NCBI GenBank assembly: GCA_002269645.1
Contig: NIVC01001149.1
Location: 248,001 to 312,000 of the forward strand
Reading direction: 5' to 3'
Source: Macrostomum lignano
Taxonomy: Eukaryota
Length of the DNA: 64,000 bases
The notes beneath the pieces were generated by a model. It did not search any database. It saw only the letters and a list, made by a program, of their open reading frames with translations, and was not told the origin of the DNA. Both the position numbers and the translations under genes were made by a program. Positions 25,775-37,212 of this stretch are shown here, piece after piece (positions within the stretch are counted from its first letter, which is position 1; every line of letters starts with the position of its first letter).

Positions 25775-28700
25775 CTCTGTCTTCCTTAGTGTCTGTGTCT
25801 GTCTGCCCTTCTATCTACCTGCCTGTCTTATTTGTCTTAGTGTGTCTGTCTGTCCGTTCGTCTGTCTGTTAGTGTGTGTGTATTTCTGTCTGCCAGTCTG
25901 TGCCAATCTGTACTCGCCCGTGATACCCTGTCCCGCACTCCCGTTGGTTCAATGCTCTTGTTTGTCACCCGCGTCGGTGCAGAGGCACTGGGAGAGGGCG
26001 CGATACTTAAAAGTTCATTTCGCCTTCAGCAGAAGCTACTGTCTGCTACCTTCTGCTTCCCTCAAGCCAGAAACTGGAGCAGCTGTACTTTTCAATAATA
26101 GTGCGTGTATTTTTAGGATCAATACTTCTGTATATCTGGCTCCCAATCTCGTGAGATGATAAATTTAATGATAAATAAAGGCTGCAGTCACCCAGTCTGA
26201 AATTTCCTATTGTTAACTGGGCGTTAGGTTGTAGAGGAAATTCGTCTGAATAAGAATTTTTATTAATTCCTTTCGACCGCTTGCACCACTGTGTCTGGAT
26301 TGCGATTTCCTCTCCTACCAGCGAGTGGGCGTTCCTGATTGAAGAGCTGCTTTGGCTGGCAGTGAATTAATTGAATGGTGGCCTGTGCTGTTGACTTTGA
26401 TTTGATTAGTAATTTTTTTTCGAATGCACCGGGTCCTTGTGTTTGTTCCTGTAAGGATCTGAGAGCTATTTTTGGTCACTGCTTCTGACTGTTGACTGTC
26501 TTCCCTTTTCCCCAGATCCCAGCTGCTGGGCCAGCCTCCCAGATCCTCAATTGCTGGGCCAGCCTTCCAGAGTGTCAGTTGCTGGGCCAGTCTTCCAGAG
26601 TGTCAGTTGCTGGGTCAGCCTCCCAGAGTGTCAGTTGCTGGGTCAGCCTCCCAGATCCTCGGTTGCTGGGCCAGCCTCCCAGATTCTCAGTTGCTGGGCC
26701 AGCCTCCCAGATCCTCAGTTGCTGGGCCAGCCTCCCAGATCCTCAGTTGCTGGGCCAGCCTCCCAGATCCTCAGTTGCTGGGCCAGCCTCCCAGATCCTC
26801 AGTTGCTGGGCCAGCCTCCCAGATCCTCAGTTGCTGGGCCAGCCTCCCAGATCCTCAGTTGCTGGGCCAGCCTCCCAGATCCTCAGTTTTTGGGCCAGCC
26901 TCCCAGGTCCTCAGTTGCTGGGTCAGCCTCCCAGATCCTCGGTTGCTGGGCCAGTCTCCCAGATCCTCAGTTGCTGGGCCAGCCTCCCAGATTCTCAGTT
27001 GCTGGGCCAGCCTCCCAGATCCTCAGTTGCTGGGCCAGCCTCCCAGAGTGTCAGTTGCTGGGCCAGCCTCCCAGATCCTCAGTTGCTGGGCCAGCCTCCC
27101 AGAGTGTCAGTTGCTGGGCCAGCCTCCCAGAGTGTCAGTTGCTGGGCCAGCCTCCCAGATCCTCAGTTGCTGGGCCAGCCTCCCAGATTCTCAGTTGCTG
27201 GGCCAGCCTCCCAGATCCTCAGTTGCTGGGCCAGCCTCCCAGATCCTCAGTTGCTGGGCCAGCCTCCCAGATCCTCAGTTGCTGGGCCAGCCTCCCAGGT
27301 CCTCAGTTGCTGGGCCAGCCTCCCAGATCCTCAGTTGCTGGGCCAGCCTCCCAGATCCTCAGTTGCTGGGCCAGCCTCCCAGATCCTCAGTTGCTGGGCC
27401 ACCAGCCTCCCAGATCCTCAGTTGCTGGGCCAGCCTCCCAGATCCTCAGTTGCTGGGCCAGCCTCCCAGATCCTCAGTTGCTGGGCCACCAGCCTCCCAG
27501 ATCCTCAGTTGCTGGGCCAGCCTCCCAGATCCTCAGTCGGGAAGCTGTCTAAGCGGCAATCGCGCTGAGTGAAATAGATTTTGCTAATATATTCAAATAA
27601 ATATAGTCTTGCAGAAGTTTCATTTAGAAGGGCCAAGTGTTTTTTTATAATTTTCAGTTTATCAACCCAATCACGAACAAAACATACAATTAGGCACCTG
27701 CCAATCAAAGCCTTGTGTTTTTCTCTATGCATTCTTGTTTATAATTCTAGGCCTGACTTTTTGTCTGGTTCGAATCTCATTCCAATTATTCTGTAGCAAA
27801 GGTTGATTTTTCTCGAATCAATTTGGTTGCATAATTTCCCTTTAGCTCTCTTGGGAAATGCATAAATATTTTTTACGTATTCCTATATTGTTTCAATCTC
27901 GTGCAGTGCCTTACAATTCCCTAATGTCGCACCCTAGAAATCCCTAATGTAGCGCCCTACAAATCTCTAATGCAGTTCCTACAAATCCCTAATGCAGTTC
28001 CTACAAATCCCTAATGCAGTTCCTACAAATCCCTAATATAGTTTTCTATAAATCCCTAATGTAGCGCCCTGCAAATCCCTAATGTAGCGCCCTACAAATC
28101 CCTAATGTAGAGCCCTACAAATCCCTAATGTAGCGCCCTACAAATCCCTAACGTTGCGCCCTACAAATCCCTACAAGTCTAATGCAGCCTGAGTGCCCGT
28201 GAACGGGAGTAGTGACACCGCACCCCAACCCCATCCCGCAGGCCCTGTTCCCAGAAGACGATCACAAACACGAGCACAAGGAGGGCGGAGAGTCTGGCGG
28301 CCTGGACCACATGGCAACTATGTACCGCTGCCTGACCGCCCTGACTGGCATCTACTGTTTCTTCGTGATCGAGCGAATCACCGTGCTGTGCCAGAACCGG
28401 CGCAGCAGGCGAAGGAGCAGCTCTCGAAGGCCGGTGAGTTGAGAAGAGTTCAGCGGTATTTTCTAACAAAATGTTCAACACTTTTTGTCTTGGTCACAGC
28501 TACACTTTCTAAGCCTTAATGATATCTGCCTATCTATCTGTCCTGTGTTGCTCCAATGCAAAAATTTCAGTTCTCTATCACCGCTGCACTGGTGCGTTTG
28601 AGGCGGATAAAAAAGAATTCGTTTATAAAAAAACAACAGCTAAGAAATTGATCATTTTTAGCTAGAACACAAAACATTCCATAGCTAATCCTAAATAAGT

Positions 28701-31700
28701 TACTATTTACACACGAGTTGTAGTTTTGCACTGTTAAATCTTTCTCCTTGTGCTGTGACTCAGTGTTGTGCATTAGATAGTAGGGGTGATTGATCATCTT
28801 AAATTATAAAGCTTGTGTTGTCTTACAATATAGTTTATTTGTTGCAGTATATGAAATATTTAGTTGAATGTTTATTTATCTAGCATGATGTTCTGTGTGG
28901 TAACTGCGCTGTTTAGTGTGTGTGATTTTACATATAACTTTCTCACTAATATGAGATAGTGCTCATTTGCATTTAGTTTAGGGGGCCAGGGGCTTGGGTA
29001 GAGAGCGGAGAGGGTAGGGAAAAGGCGGAGAGGGTAGGGAAAGGGCGGAGAGGGTAGGGAAAGGGCGGAGAGGGTAGGGAAGGGGCGGAGAGGGTAGGGA
29101 AAAGGCGGAGAGGGTAGGGAAAAGGCGGAGAGGGTAGGGAAAAGGCGGAGAGGGTAGGGAAAGGGCGGAGAGGGTAGGGAAAAGGCGGAGAGGGTAGGGA
29201 AAAGGCGGAGAGGGTAGGGAAAAGGCGGAGAGGGTAGGGAAAAGGCGGAGAGGGTAGGGAAAAGGCGGAGAGGGTAGGGAAAGGGCGGAGAGGGTAGGGA
29301 AAGGGCGGAGAGGGTAGGGAAAGGACGGAGAGGGTAGGGAAAGGACGGAGAGGGTAGGGAAAGGGCGGAGAGGGTGGGGAAAGGGCGGAGAGGGTAGAAA
29401 AAGGGCGGAGAGGGTAGGGAAAGGGCGGAGAGGGTAGAAAAAGGGCGGAGAGGGTAGGGAAAGGGCGGAGAGGGTAGGGAAAGGGCGGAGAGGGTAGGGA
29501 AAGGGCGGAGAGGGTGGGGAAAGGACGGAGAGGGTAGGGAAAGGGCGGAGAGGGTAGAAAAAGGGCGGAGAGGGTAGGGAAAGGGCGGAGAGGGTAGAAA
29601 AAGGGCGGAGAGGGTAGGGAAAGGGCGGAGAGGGTAGGGAAAGGGCGGAGAGGGTAGGGAAAGGGCGGAGAGGGTAGGGAAAGGGCGGAGAGGGTAGGGA
29701 AAAGGCGGAGAGGGTAGGGAAAGGGCGGAGAGGGTAGAGAAAGGACGGAGAGGGTAGGGAAAGGGCGGAGAGGGTAGAAAAAGGGCGGAGAGGGTAGGGA
29801 AAGGGCGGAGAGGGTAGGGAAAAGGTGGAGAGTGTAGGGAAAGGGCGGAGAGGGTAGGGAAAAGGCGGAGAGGGTAGGGAAAGGGCGGAGAGGGTAGGGA
29901 AAGGGCGGAGAGGGTAGGGAAAGGGCGGAGAGGGTAGAAAAAGGGCGGAGAGGGTAGGGAAAGGGCGGAGAGGGTAGAGAAAAGGCGGAGAGGGTAGGGA
30001 AAGGGCGGAGAGGGTAGGGAAAAGGCGGAGAGGGTAGGGAAAAGGCGGAGAGTGAGCTTTACGACTTTATTTACAGAAGGTGCCGCGGCCAGAGATTTAA
30101 TTGATAAATCACCACTACGTTCTTAGAATAATTTATTGCTGATCCATTTTTAGTCCTGTTGACCGTCTGGGGCAGTTCATCAGCAGCTGATCAACAAGTT
30201 GTGTAGAAATTTTGCCAGCTAAATATAGAACACGGACTGCCTGCAGACCGAGGCTTGCTTATCATCCGGTCCTGTGGAAGAGTGGCTTTTGAAAGCTCAG
30301 GCGCCGCTGTCAGCCTCCGCTCCCAACAACCCCCCCCCCCCCCACAAAAAGATGATGGGTTTCGTGAGAAGCCGACTGGAAACAGAGGCGGAGAGATAAT
30401 GCTCTCGCTAGACAGCTTCTCTTCCTCATCATTCGCGTCACCGAATTCCCGAAAGGGCTGTCCGAAGAAGACCCTGAATGAGGCATTTCTGCTTTGAAAG
30501 AAAGAGTCGATTGGCCTCTTCAATTAGCCGCGTTTGATTGTCTTCTGAGCAGGGGGGGGGGGCAGCTGCTTATTAGATGGCGAGGCTCCGAAGGCGGTGT
30601 ATGAACGCGTCCAACACCAGACACTCCCCTGGTTCGATCTGTGCTCGAAAATTGGCCTGGAGGTTGTCGTACGGTTCACAGCCGTGAGGGCCTTCAATGA
30701 CGTTAATTGCACAAGCAGAGCCAAGCCGAGATTCCAATTTAGCCCCAAAATTACTGTGACAGAACTTTAAATCGAGCCTGAGCCGCTGGCACATCAGAGA
30801 GCCGCACTCCTAATAGATTAGAAAGTCCCCCCTCCTGTGCGTATTTGTATTTTCTAGCAACAGTCAACTTACTCTCGCCTTATGTATTGTATTGAGTTGA
30901 TTGATTTTGTTTACAAACTTTGCAGCAATCCAATTCTTCCAATGTTGGCGAGAAGTTGTGCAATCCGTTCCATCGGTCCTATGCCAACCTGACCGGGGGC
31001 GCTCAGCGTGAGTCCTGCTCTGCTATCATTAACCTGCTTGCTGCTGGCTTTGGAATCCGTCTTTTGAATCGCCCCCCTGAACCCACTAGAAATCGCCCCC
31101 TGACCCCAGTAAGAATCGCCCCCCTGACCCCACTAGAAATCGCCCCCTGACCCCAGTAAGAATCGCCCCCCTGACCCCACTAGAAATCGCCCCTGACCCC
31201 AGTAAGAATCGCCCTCTGAACCCACTAAGAATCTCCCTCTGAACCCACTAAGAATCGCCCCCTGACCCCACTAGAAATCGCCCCCTGACCCCAGTAAGAA
31301 TCGCCCCCTGACCCCACTAGAAATCGCCCCCTGACCCCAGTAAGAATCGCCCTCTGAACCCACTAAGAATCGCCCCCTGACCCCACTAGAAATCGCCCCC
31401 TGACCCCACTAGAAATCGCCCCCTGACCCCAGTAAGAATCGCCCCCCCCCTGACCCCACTAGAAATCGCCCCCTGACCCCAGTAAGAATCGCCCTCTGAA
31501 CCCACTAAGAATCTCCCTCTGAACCCACTAAGAATCGCCCCCTGACCCCACTAGAAATCGCCCCCTGACCCCAGTAAGAATCGCCCTCTGACCCCACTAA
31601 GAATCGCCCATTGACCCTACTAAGAATCCCCTGACACCACAAGGAATCGCCCCTGACTCCAATAAGAATCGCCCCCTGACCCCATTAGGAATCGCCCCCT

Positions 31701-34102
31701 GACCCCAGTAAAAATCGCCCTCTGACCCCACTAAGAATCTCCCTCTGAACCCACTAAGAATCGCCCCCTGACCCCACTAGAAATCGCCCCCTGACCCCAG
31801 TAAGAATCGCCCCCTGACCCCACTAGAAATCGCCCCCTGACCCCAGTAAGAATCGCCCTCTGAACCCACTAAGAATCGCCCCCTGACCCCACTAGAAATC
31901 GCCCCCTGACCCCACTAGAAATCGCCCCCTGACCCCAGTAAGAATCGCCCCCCCCCCTGACCCCACTAGAAATCGCCCCCTGACCCCAGTAAGAATCGCC
32001 CTCTGAACCCACTAAGAATCTCCCTCTGAACCCACTAAGAATCGCCCCCTGACCCCACTAGAAATCGCCCCCTGACCCCAGTAAGAATCGCCCTCTGAAC
32101 CCACTAAGAATCTCCCTCTGAACCCACTAAGAATCGCCCCCTGACCCCACTAGAAATCGCCCCCTGACCCCAGTAAGAATCGCCCTCTGACCCCACTAAG
32201 AATCGCCCATTGACCCTACTAAGAATCCCCTGACACCACAAGGAATCGCCCCTGACTCCAATAAGAATCGCCCCCTGACCCCATTAGGAATCGCCCCCTG
32301 ACCCCAGTAAAAATCGCCCTCTGACCCCACTAAGAATCGCCCCCTGACCCCACTAGAAATCGCCCCCTGACCCCAGTAAGAATAGCCCCCTGACCCCACT
32401 AAGAATCGGCCATTGACCCCACTAAGAATCCCCTGACGCCACAAAGAATCGCCCCTGACTCCAATAAGAACCGCCCCCTGACCCCACTACGAATCGCCCC
32501 CCTCCCCCCCTGACCCCATTAGGAATCGCCTTCTGGCCCCACAAAGAATCGCCCTCTGACCTCATCTTCGCATTGGCCGACTTCACCCCGCTGCTCCACC
32601 CCTCCCAGCCGAGTCCGTCATCTGCGAGGCGGCAGCGGCCGCGGCAGCCGAGGCCGCCGAAGCGGCAGCGGACGACCTGACCGTGGAGTTCCTGCACGAC
32701 TGCAACCGCTGCACCGCCAACGCAGCCGCTGCAGCCGCGGCCGCCGCCGCCAATGCAGCCGCCAGCGACACCAACGGCAACAACGGCGGCAGCTGCTTCC
32801 GCCGCCTGTCGGCCTGCGGCAGCCCCGACGACAAGCAGCAGCAGCGAAACAATCACCACACCGACAACCAGCACAACGATAGCGAGAAACCGAAGGACGC
32901 CGGCCCGGCCGCGGTGGCCGCCCAGGAATCCGAGCTCACCAGCCTGTCCACCAACGCCGCTTCCGCCGCCACCGACAGCGCCGTCGCGGGTAGCCGGGGC
33001 GGCCCCGCCGGCAGCACCGCCGCCGCTCTCAGCGTCACCTTCGACGATGACGTTGGCGGCAACGGAGACGACGCCGACGAGAGCGAAGGCCGCGGGCACG
33101 GGCACGGGCACCACGGCCACTCGCACTCGCACACCACAGTCAGGGCGCTGGCCTGGACTGTCATCATTGGCGACGGGCTGCACAACTTCTGCGACGGTAT
33201 GGCGCTTGGCGCGGCGTTCGCCGCCGATGTCGGCTCCGGGGTGTCCACCGCTGTGGCCGTCTTCTGTCACGAGCTGCCGCACGAGTTGGGCGACTTCGCC
33301 GTGCTGCTCCAGGCTGGCATGTCGGTGCGGATGGCCCTGCTGGCGAACCTGGTGTCCAGCCTGGTGTGCCTGCTTGGCATGGTCTGCGGTGTGCTGCTCG
33401 CCAAGGGTGCCACCAACTGGGTGTTCATGGTGACCGCTGGCATGTTTCTGTACATTGCTCTGGTGGATATGGTGAGCAGTTCTCAGATCCTTTATAGCTT
33501 TAGGTTTGATTGAGGTTTTGATTGAGCTCATTTAGGTTTTGATCGAGTTCATTGAGGATTTGATTGAGCTCATTGAGGTTTTGATTGAGATCATGTAGGT
33601 TTTGATTAAGTTCATGTAGGTTTTGATTCAGCTCATGAGGTTTTGATTGAGCTCATGTAGGTTTTAAAGCAGCTCATGTAGGTTTTGATTGAGCTCATGT
33701 AGGTTTTAAAGCAGCTCATGTAGGTTTTGATTGAGCTCATGTAGGTTTTGAAGCAGCTCATGTAGGTTTTGATTGAGTTCATGTAGGTTTTGATTCAGCT
33801 CATGAGGTTTCGATTGAGCTCATGTAGGTTTTAAAGCAGCTCATGTAGGTTTTGATTGAGCTCATGTGGGTTTTGAAGCAGCTCATGTAGGTTTTGAAGC
33901 AGCTGTCAGAGACCTGCCTATCCATGGTCTGGGCCCCATCCCCCAATTCCAGATGCCGGAGCTCACCACGGAGAAGTCCTCGCGCGGCCCCGGACCCTGC
34001 GTGGTTTTCTTCTGGCAGAATCTGGGCTTCTTCATCGGCGCGGGGATCATGCTGCTCATATCGCTGTATGAGCACAAGATCATCAAGCTGGGGTCTGGCT
34101 GA
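21037..34102 (+). CDS. Zinc transporter ZIP/SLC39A, LIV-1 subfamily (ZIP6/ZIP10/foi-like); 6 coding exons, 662 aa
   Basis: join(21037..21390,24794..25141,28242..28433,30926..31007,32609..33471,33953..34102); GT-AG with matching phases; 1989 nt. Signal peptide, His-rich ectodomain, CPTLVY..KAC motif, [35 protein letters not shown] loop, TM4 HNFCDG, TM5 HELPHELGD (the LIV-1 HEXPHEXGD motif), [12 protein letters not shown] and QNLGFFIG. Confidence 0.94.
22820..23130. repeat. (GATA)n microsatellite
   Basis: Read directly from the sequence. Confidence 0.97.
23815..24650. repeat. Two adjacent 20-bp minisatellites: (GGGGGTATTAGATGCATCCA)n then (GGTTCAGAGGGTATTAAATC)n
   Basis: Tandem units in ZIP intron 1. 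Both units share a GGGTATT core. Confidence 0.93.
25130..25505. repeat. 43-bp minisatellite that repeats the ZIP exon 2 donor junction
   Basis: Unit GTGAGTCTGCGGTTCACCTGTGTGTCTGTGACTGCTGCCTCAT with starts at 25142, 25185, 25228 and onward; about 8.5 copies. Confidence 0.95.
25505..25890. repeat. (TCTG)n compound microsatellite
   Basis: Read directly from the sequence. Confidence 0.95.
26520..27537. repeat. 28-bp minisatellite (CCTCCCAGATCCTCAGTTGCTGGGCCAG)n, about 36 copies
   Basis: Tandem units. Stop-free in all three + frames, giving ORFs 26492, 26551 and 26607. Confidence 0.96.
27920..28175. repeat. 23-bp minisatellite (AAATCCCTAATGTAGCGCCCTAC)n
   Basis: Tandem units just before ZIP exon 3. 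Confidence 0.9.
28995..30052. repeat. 20-bp G-rich minisatellite (GGGTAGGGAAAGGGCGGAGA)n, about 52 copies
   Basis: Tandem units with three GGG runs per unit. Confidence 0.97.
30712..30810. mobile_element. Dispersed repeat copy (SINE-like fragment), second copy at about 35985-36085
   Basis: GCAGAGCC..GCCGAGATTCCAATTTAG...AATCGAGCCTG.GCCGCTGGCACATC is shared with 35985-36085. The reverse strand has a B-box-like GGCTCGATT. Confidence 0.55.
31070..32560. repeat. 21-22-bp C-rich minisatellite (AATCGCCCCCTGACCCCACTAG)n with about 600-bp block duplications
   Basis: Tandem units. A diagnostic variant block (GCCCATTGACCCTACTAAGAATCCCCTGACACCACAAGG) recurs at about 31605 and 32205, and in degenerate form at about 32405. 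Confidence 0.95.
33505..33900. repeat. 21-23-bp minisatellite (GAGCTCATGTAGGTTTTGATT)n, last ZIP intron
   Basis: Tandem units visible. Confidence 0.9.
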
Positions 34103-34884
34103 CCAAACAGTCCATGTTGTTTTTTTGTTATCCTTGAATGTAAACTCCTGTTGTTGTCCTTGAACTCTCTGCTCCGCGAGCTACAATTTTTTGTGCAATT
34201 TTTTTCATCATCTTTTTTTGTTTGTGACACTTTCACTACCTGCTGACTCTGCATTGCCGTTAGCTGTGGGCCCTTGATCTGAATGGTCAGGGACCGGCGG
34301 CATGATAACACTGTCTGTCAACTTCATTTTGCTTCCAAATAGCTCTATTTTGTCAGTTTATTTACTAATATTTTTAGTTACTGTCTTCAACCAAAAGTAC
34401 ATATTTGTTACCTCGCTTAATGCATACTTATACTGTTTTTTGTCCTCAAATATGCATTCGCCTAATAAATAATAAAGTTCTTATTTGGCTGTTATAGTTG
34501 CTATATTGTAAGGACCATTGATTTCTGTTATTGCATAACAGTTCTTGTTTGCGTGCAATCTGTTAAACATATCCGTTATTGTACACCTCCTGTTCCTTAT
34601 ATTCATATAGCCCTATGTTTAATATCAAGCCGCAGTTCCAATGCACACACAGCTATGTCTAAACTTTTTTCATGTTGTTACTTTTTCAACATTCACGTCT
34701 TATTATTCATTTATTCTGTCAGTCAGCTCTGAATTCACGTGTTCTTTCACGCTTTCACGTGAGTCATTCAATTCACAGTGAATTTTTGCTGGTTAGCGAC
34801 TGTAGTTGTTTGTGGGCCCGTTTGCTCAGCCCTGCTGTCTGTACTTGATTTTGCCTGGTTGCTAGCTAATAGTGCTCATTATTC

Positions 34885-35260
34885 TCTGCTCACTTCCCAT
34901 CTTCCTACTTCCTCACTTCCCACCTCCTCACTTCCCATCTCATCTCCTCACTTCCCATCTCATCTCCTCACTTCCCATCTCCACTTCCCATCTCCTCACT
35001 TCCCACCTCCTCACTTCCCATCCCATCTCCTCACTTCCCATCCCATCTCCTCACTTCCCATCTCATCTCCTCACTTCCCATCTCCACTTCCCATCTCCTC
35101 ACTTCCCATCTCCTCACTTCCCACCTCCTCACTTCCCATCTCACCTCCTCACTTCCCATCCCATCTCCTCACTTCCCATCCCATCTCCTCGCTTCCCATC
35201 CCATCTCACTTCCCATCCCACCTCTCACTTCCCATCCTCCAGACTTCTCATCCCTTGAGT
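34885..35260. repeat. Pyrimidine-rich minisatellite (TCCTCACTTCCCATC)n
   Basis: Tandem units visible. Confidence 0.92.
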
Positions 35261-35984
35261 CCTCAATTACCATCACCCTGACTTCCCAATTCTTTAACAA
35301 CTAAGCTACTTTCAAACAATCCAAGTTGCTGTTCTCATAAGTAATCCCTTGTTCGATGTTGTTGGCCTTATTTAACCGGCAATAATATATGTATATATAA
35401 CTGTTTAACAGAACTGTGCTTTTTCCAGTTCTTAATAGCAATTTTCGTTCAATTCAGCAAACCCAGTTCAGCTGTGCGCTGTCCAAATTAAACACTTGAG
35501 CAGTCCCCAAGTGTCCTCAGCCGCTGCAACGAGTTGATCGGATCCCTTCCCGCTATCCGTTAATCCAATGCGCCTTTGCCTTTATTGTGTTTGTTCTCTT
35601 CTTCAACTGCCGTGTTATTTCGCTCCTATATATATATATATATTCGTATTACTACTAAATAAAAATACGTTAATTTCCTGCAATTTTCGTGCTTTTTTTC
35701 TATCATTGCGTGCTCGTGTCCGTGTTCACTTTTTGGAAGCAAAAAATTTGTCGGTGTGTTTTTTCCAATTCTTTTTTCTAGTTTCTGTGACTCCAGATGG
35801 CTGGCTTGGGGACCGCGGCTTTTCATTATTAAGTGGGAGCTGCTGTGTCTGTGTGCACCCCGGCGCACTCTGCCCATTCCGCCGACTCCTGGGCAGTCAT
35901 ACGCACAGGCACACACTCACAGGAGTGTACAGCAGCCCTAACTTTATTTATCGTTAGACATGTACACTTCACTGTGCCTTGGGC

Positions 35985-36085
35985 ACGAGCAGAGCCTGGC
36001 CGAGATTCCAATTTAGATCCAAACTAATGTGACTGCACTTGGAATCGAGCCTGGGCCGCTGGCACATCGGAGCGTCGCGCTGGAC
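35985..36085. mobile_element. Second copy of the SINE-like dispersed repeat (see 30712-30810)
   Basis: Sequence similarity to 30712-30810 seen by eye. Confidence 0.55.
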
Positions 36086-36659
36086 CTGGCGGCAGGCTAC
36101 GGCCCCCCAATTGACCCTATCAGACATCAGTACTAGAGCTAAAATTAAACAGATTTCACTCCGTCAAGAGAGTTCATAACTCTAAATTCAGACATTTCTC
36201 TGTCTGATGCAACCGACTGTATGAATCGTTGATTCGTCAATAGTTATGGATCGTGCTTCAGTCGTTGATTGCAAGTATATACTTAAGCACATGCAGGGCA
36301 CATTGATTTGGGTTTGTTTACAGAATTATTGGCCGGATCGGGTTGTCGCATAATTCACAACTATGAGGGTCAATCGCAAAGGCACAGAATCTGACGATTA
36401 CGTAATCTGGGCCGCTGAGAGCATTGGCGCACCCTGTATTGTGCTCAGGACTCAGTGGAATGCCCAGAATTGCCTCATCGCGGGCTGGTTGTTGTTAGTC
36501 TGTTGAATGGCCAAATTTTTTTATTCTAGAATTTTACTAGCAATCTGCGCCCCCCGATGGGGGACATCTGGATAGAATCCTTGTTCTTTACAAATAACAA
36601 ATAGACCGCGAAATAAAGCCTTCATAAAAAAACAGACATTCCCTCTAAAAACAAAACAT

Positions 36660-37212
36660 CCCAAGACAGCAAGCATCCTTAGACAGCATTCAAGCATCGA
36701 TGCCCAGATAGCAAGCATCCCCCAGACCGCCAGCAACCCCTGATAGCAAGCATAACCTGGATACAAATGGTCCTGACAGATAGCTAGCAACCCCCTCTCA
36801 GGTACCCTCCACCTCCCAAGGGCAAGCATCTCCCAATGGCAAGCATCCCCCAGACAGCAAGCATCCCCCAGATAGCAAGCATCCCCCAGATAGAAAACAT
36901 CCCCCAGATAGCAAGCATCCCCCAGATAGCAAGCATCCCCCAGATAGCAAGCATCCCCCAGATAGCAAGCATAACCTGGATACAAAGAGACCTTATAGAT
37001 ATCTAGCAACCCCCCTCTCAGATAGCAAGTACCCTCCACCCCCCAAAGAGCAAGCATCTCCCAATAGCAAGTTACCCCAGTAGCAAGCATCCTTCCGATA
37101 GCAAGCATCCCCCCAATAGCAAGCATCCCTCGGATAGCAAGCATCCCCCTGATAGCAAACATCCCCCTGATAGCAAGCATCCCCCTGATAGCAAGCATCC
37201 CCCTGATAGCAA
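36660..37212. repeat. 18-bp minisatellite (CCCCCAGATAGCAAGCAT)n
   Basis: Tandem units with a duplicated interrupting block. Confidence 0.9.

Noticed and set aside
26492-27572. Three ORFs of 320-358 aa
   Set aside because: A 28-bp tandem repeat open in all frames within a ZIP intron.
32422-33531. 369-aa minus-strand ORF and other overlapping ORFs
   Set aside because: Antisense shadow of the GC-rich ZIP exon 5.
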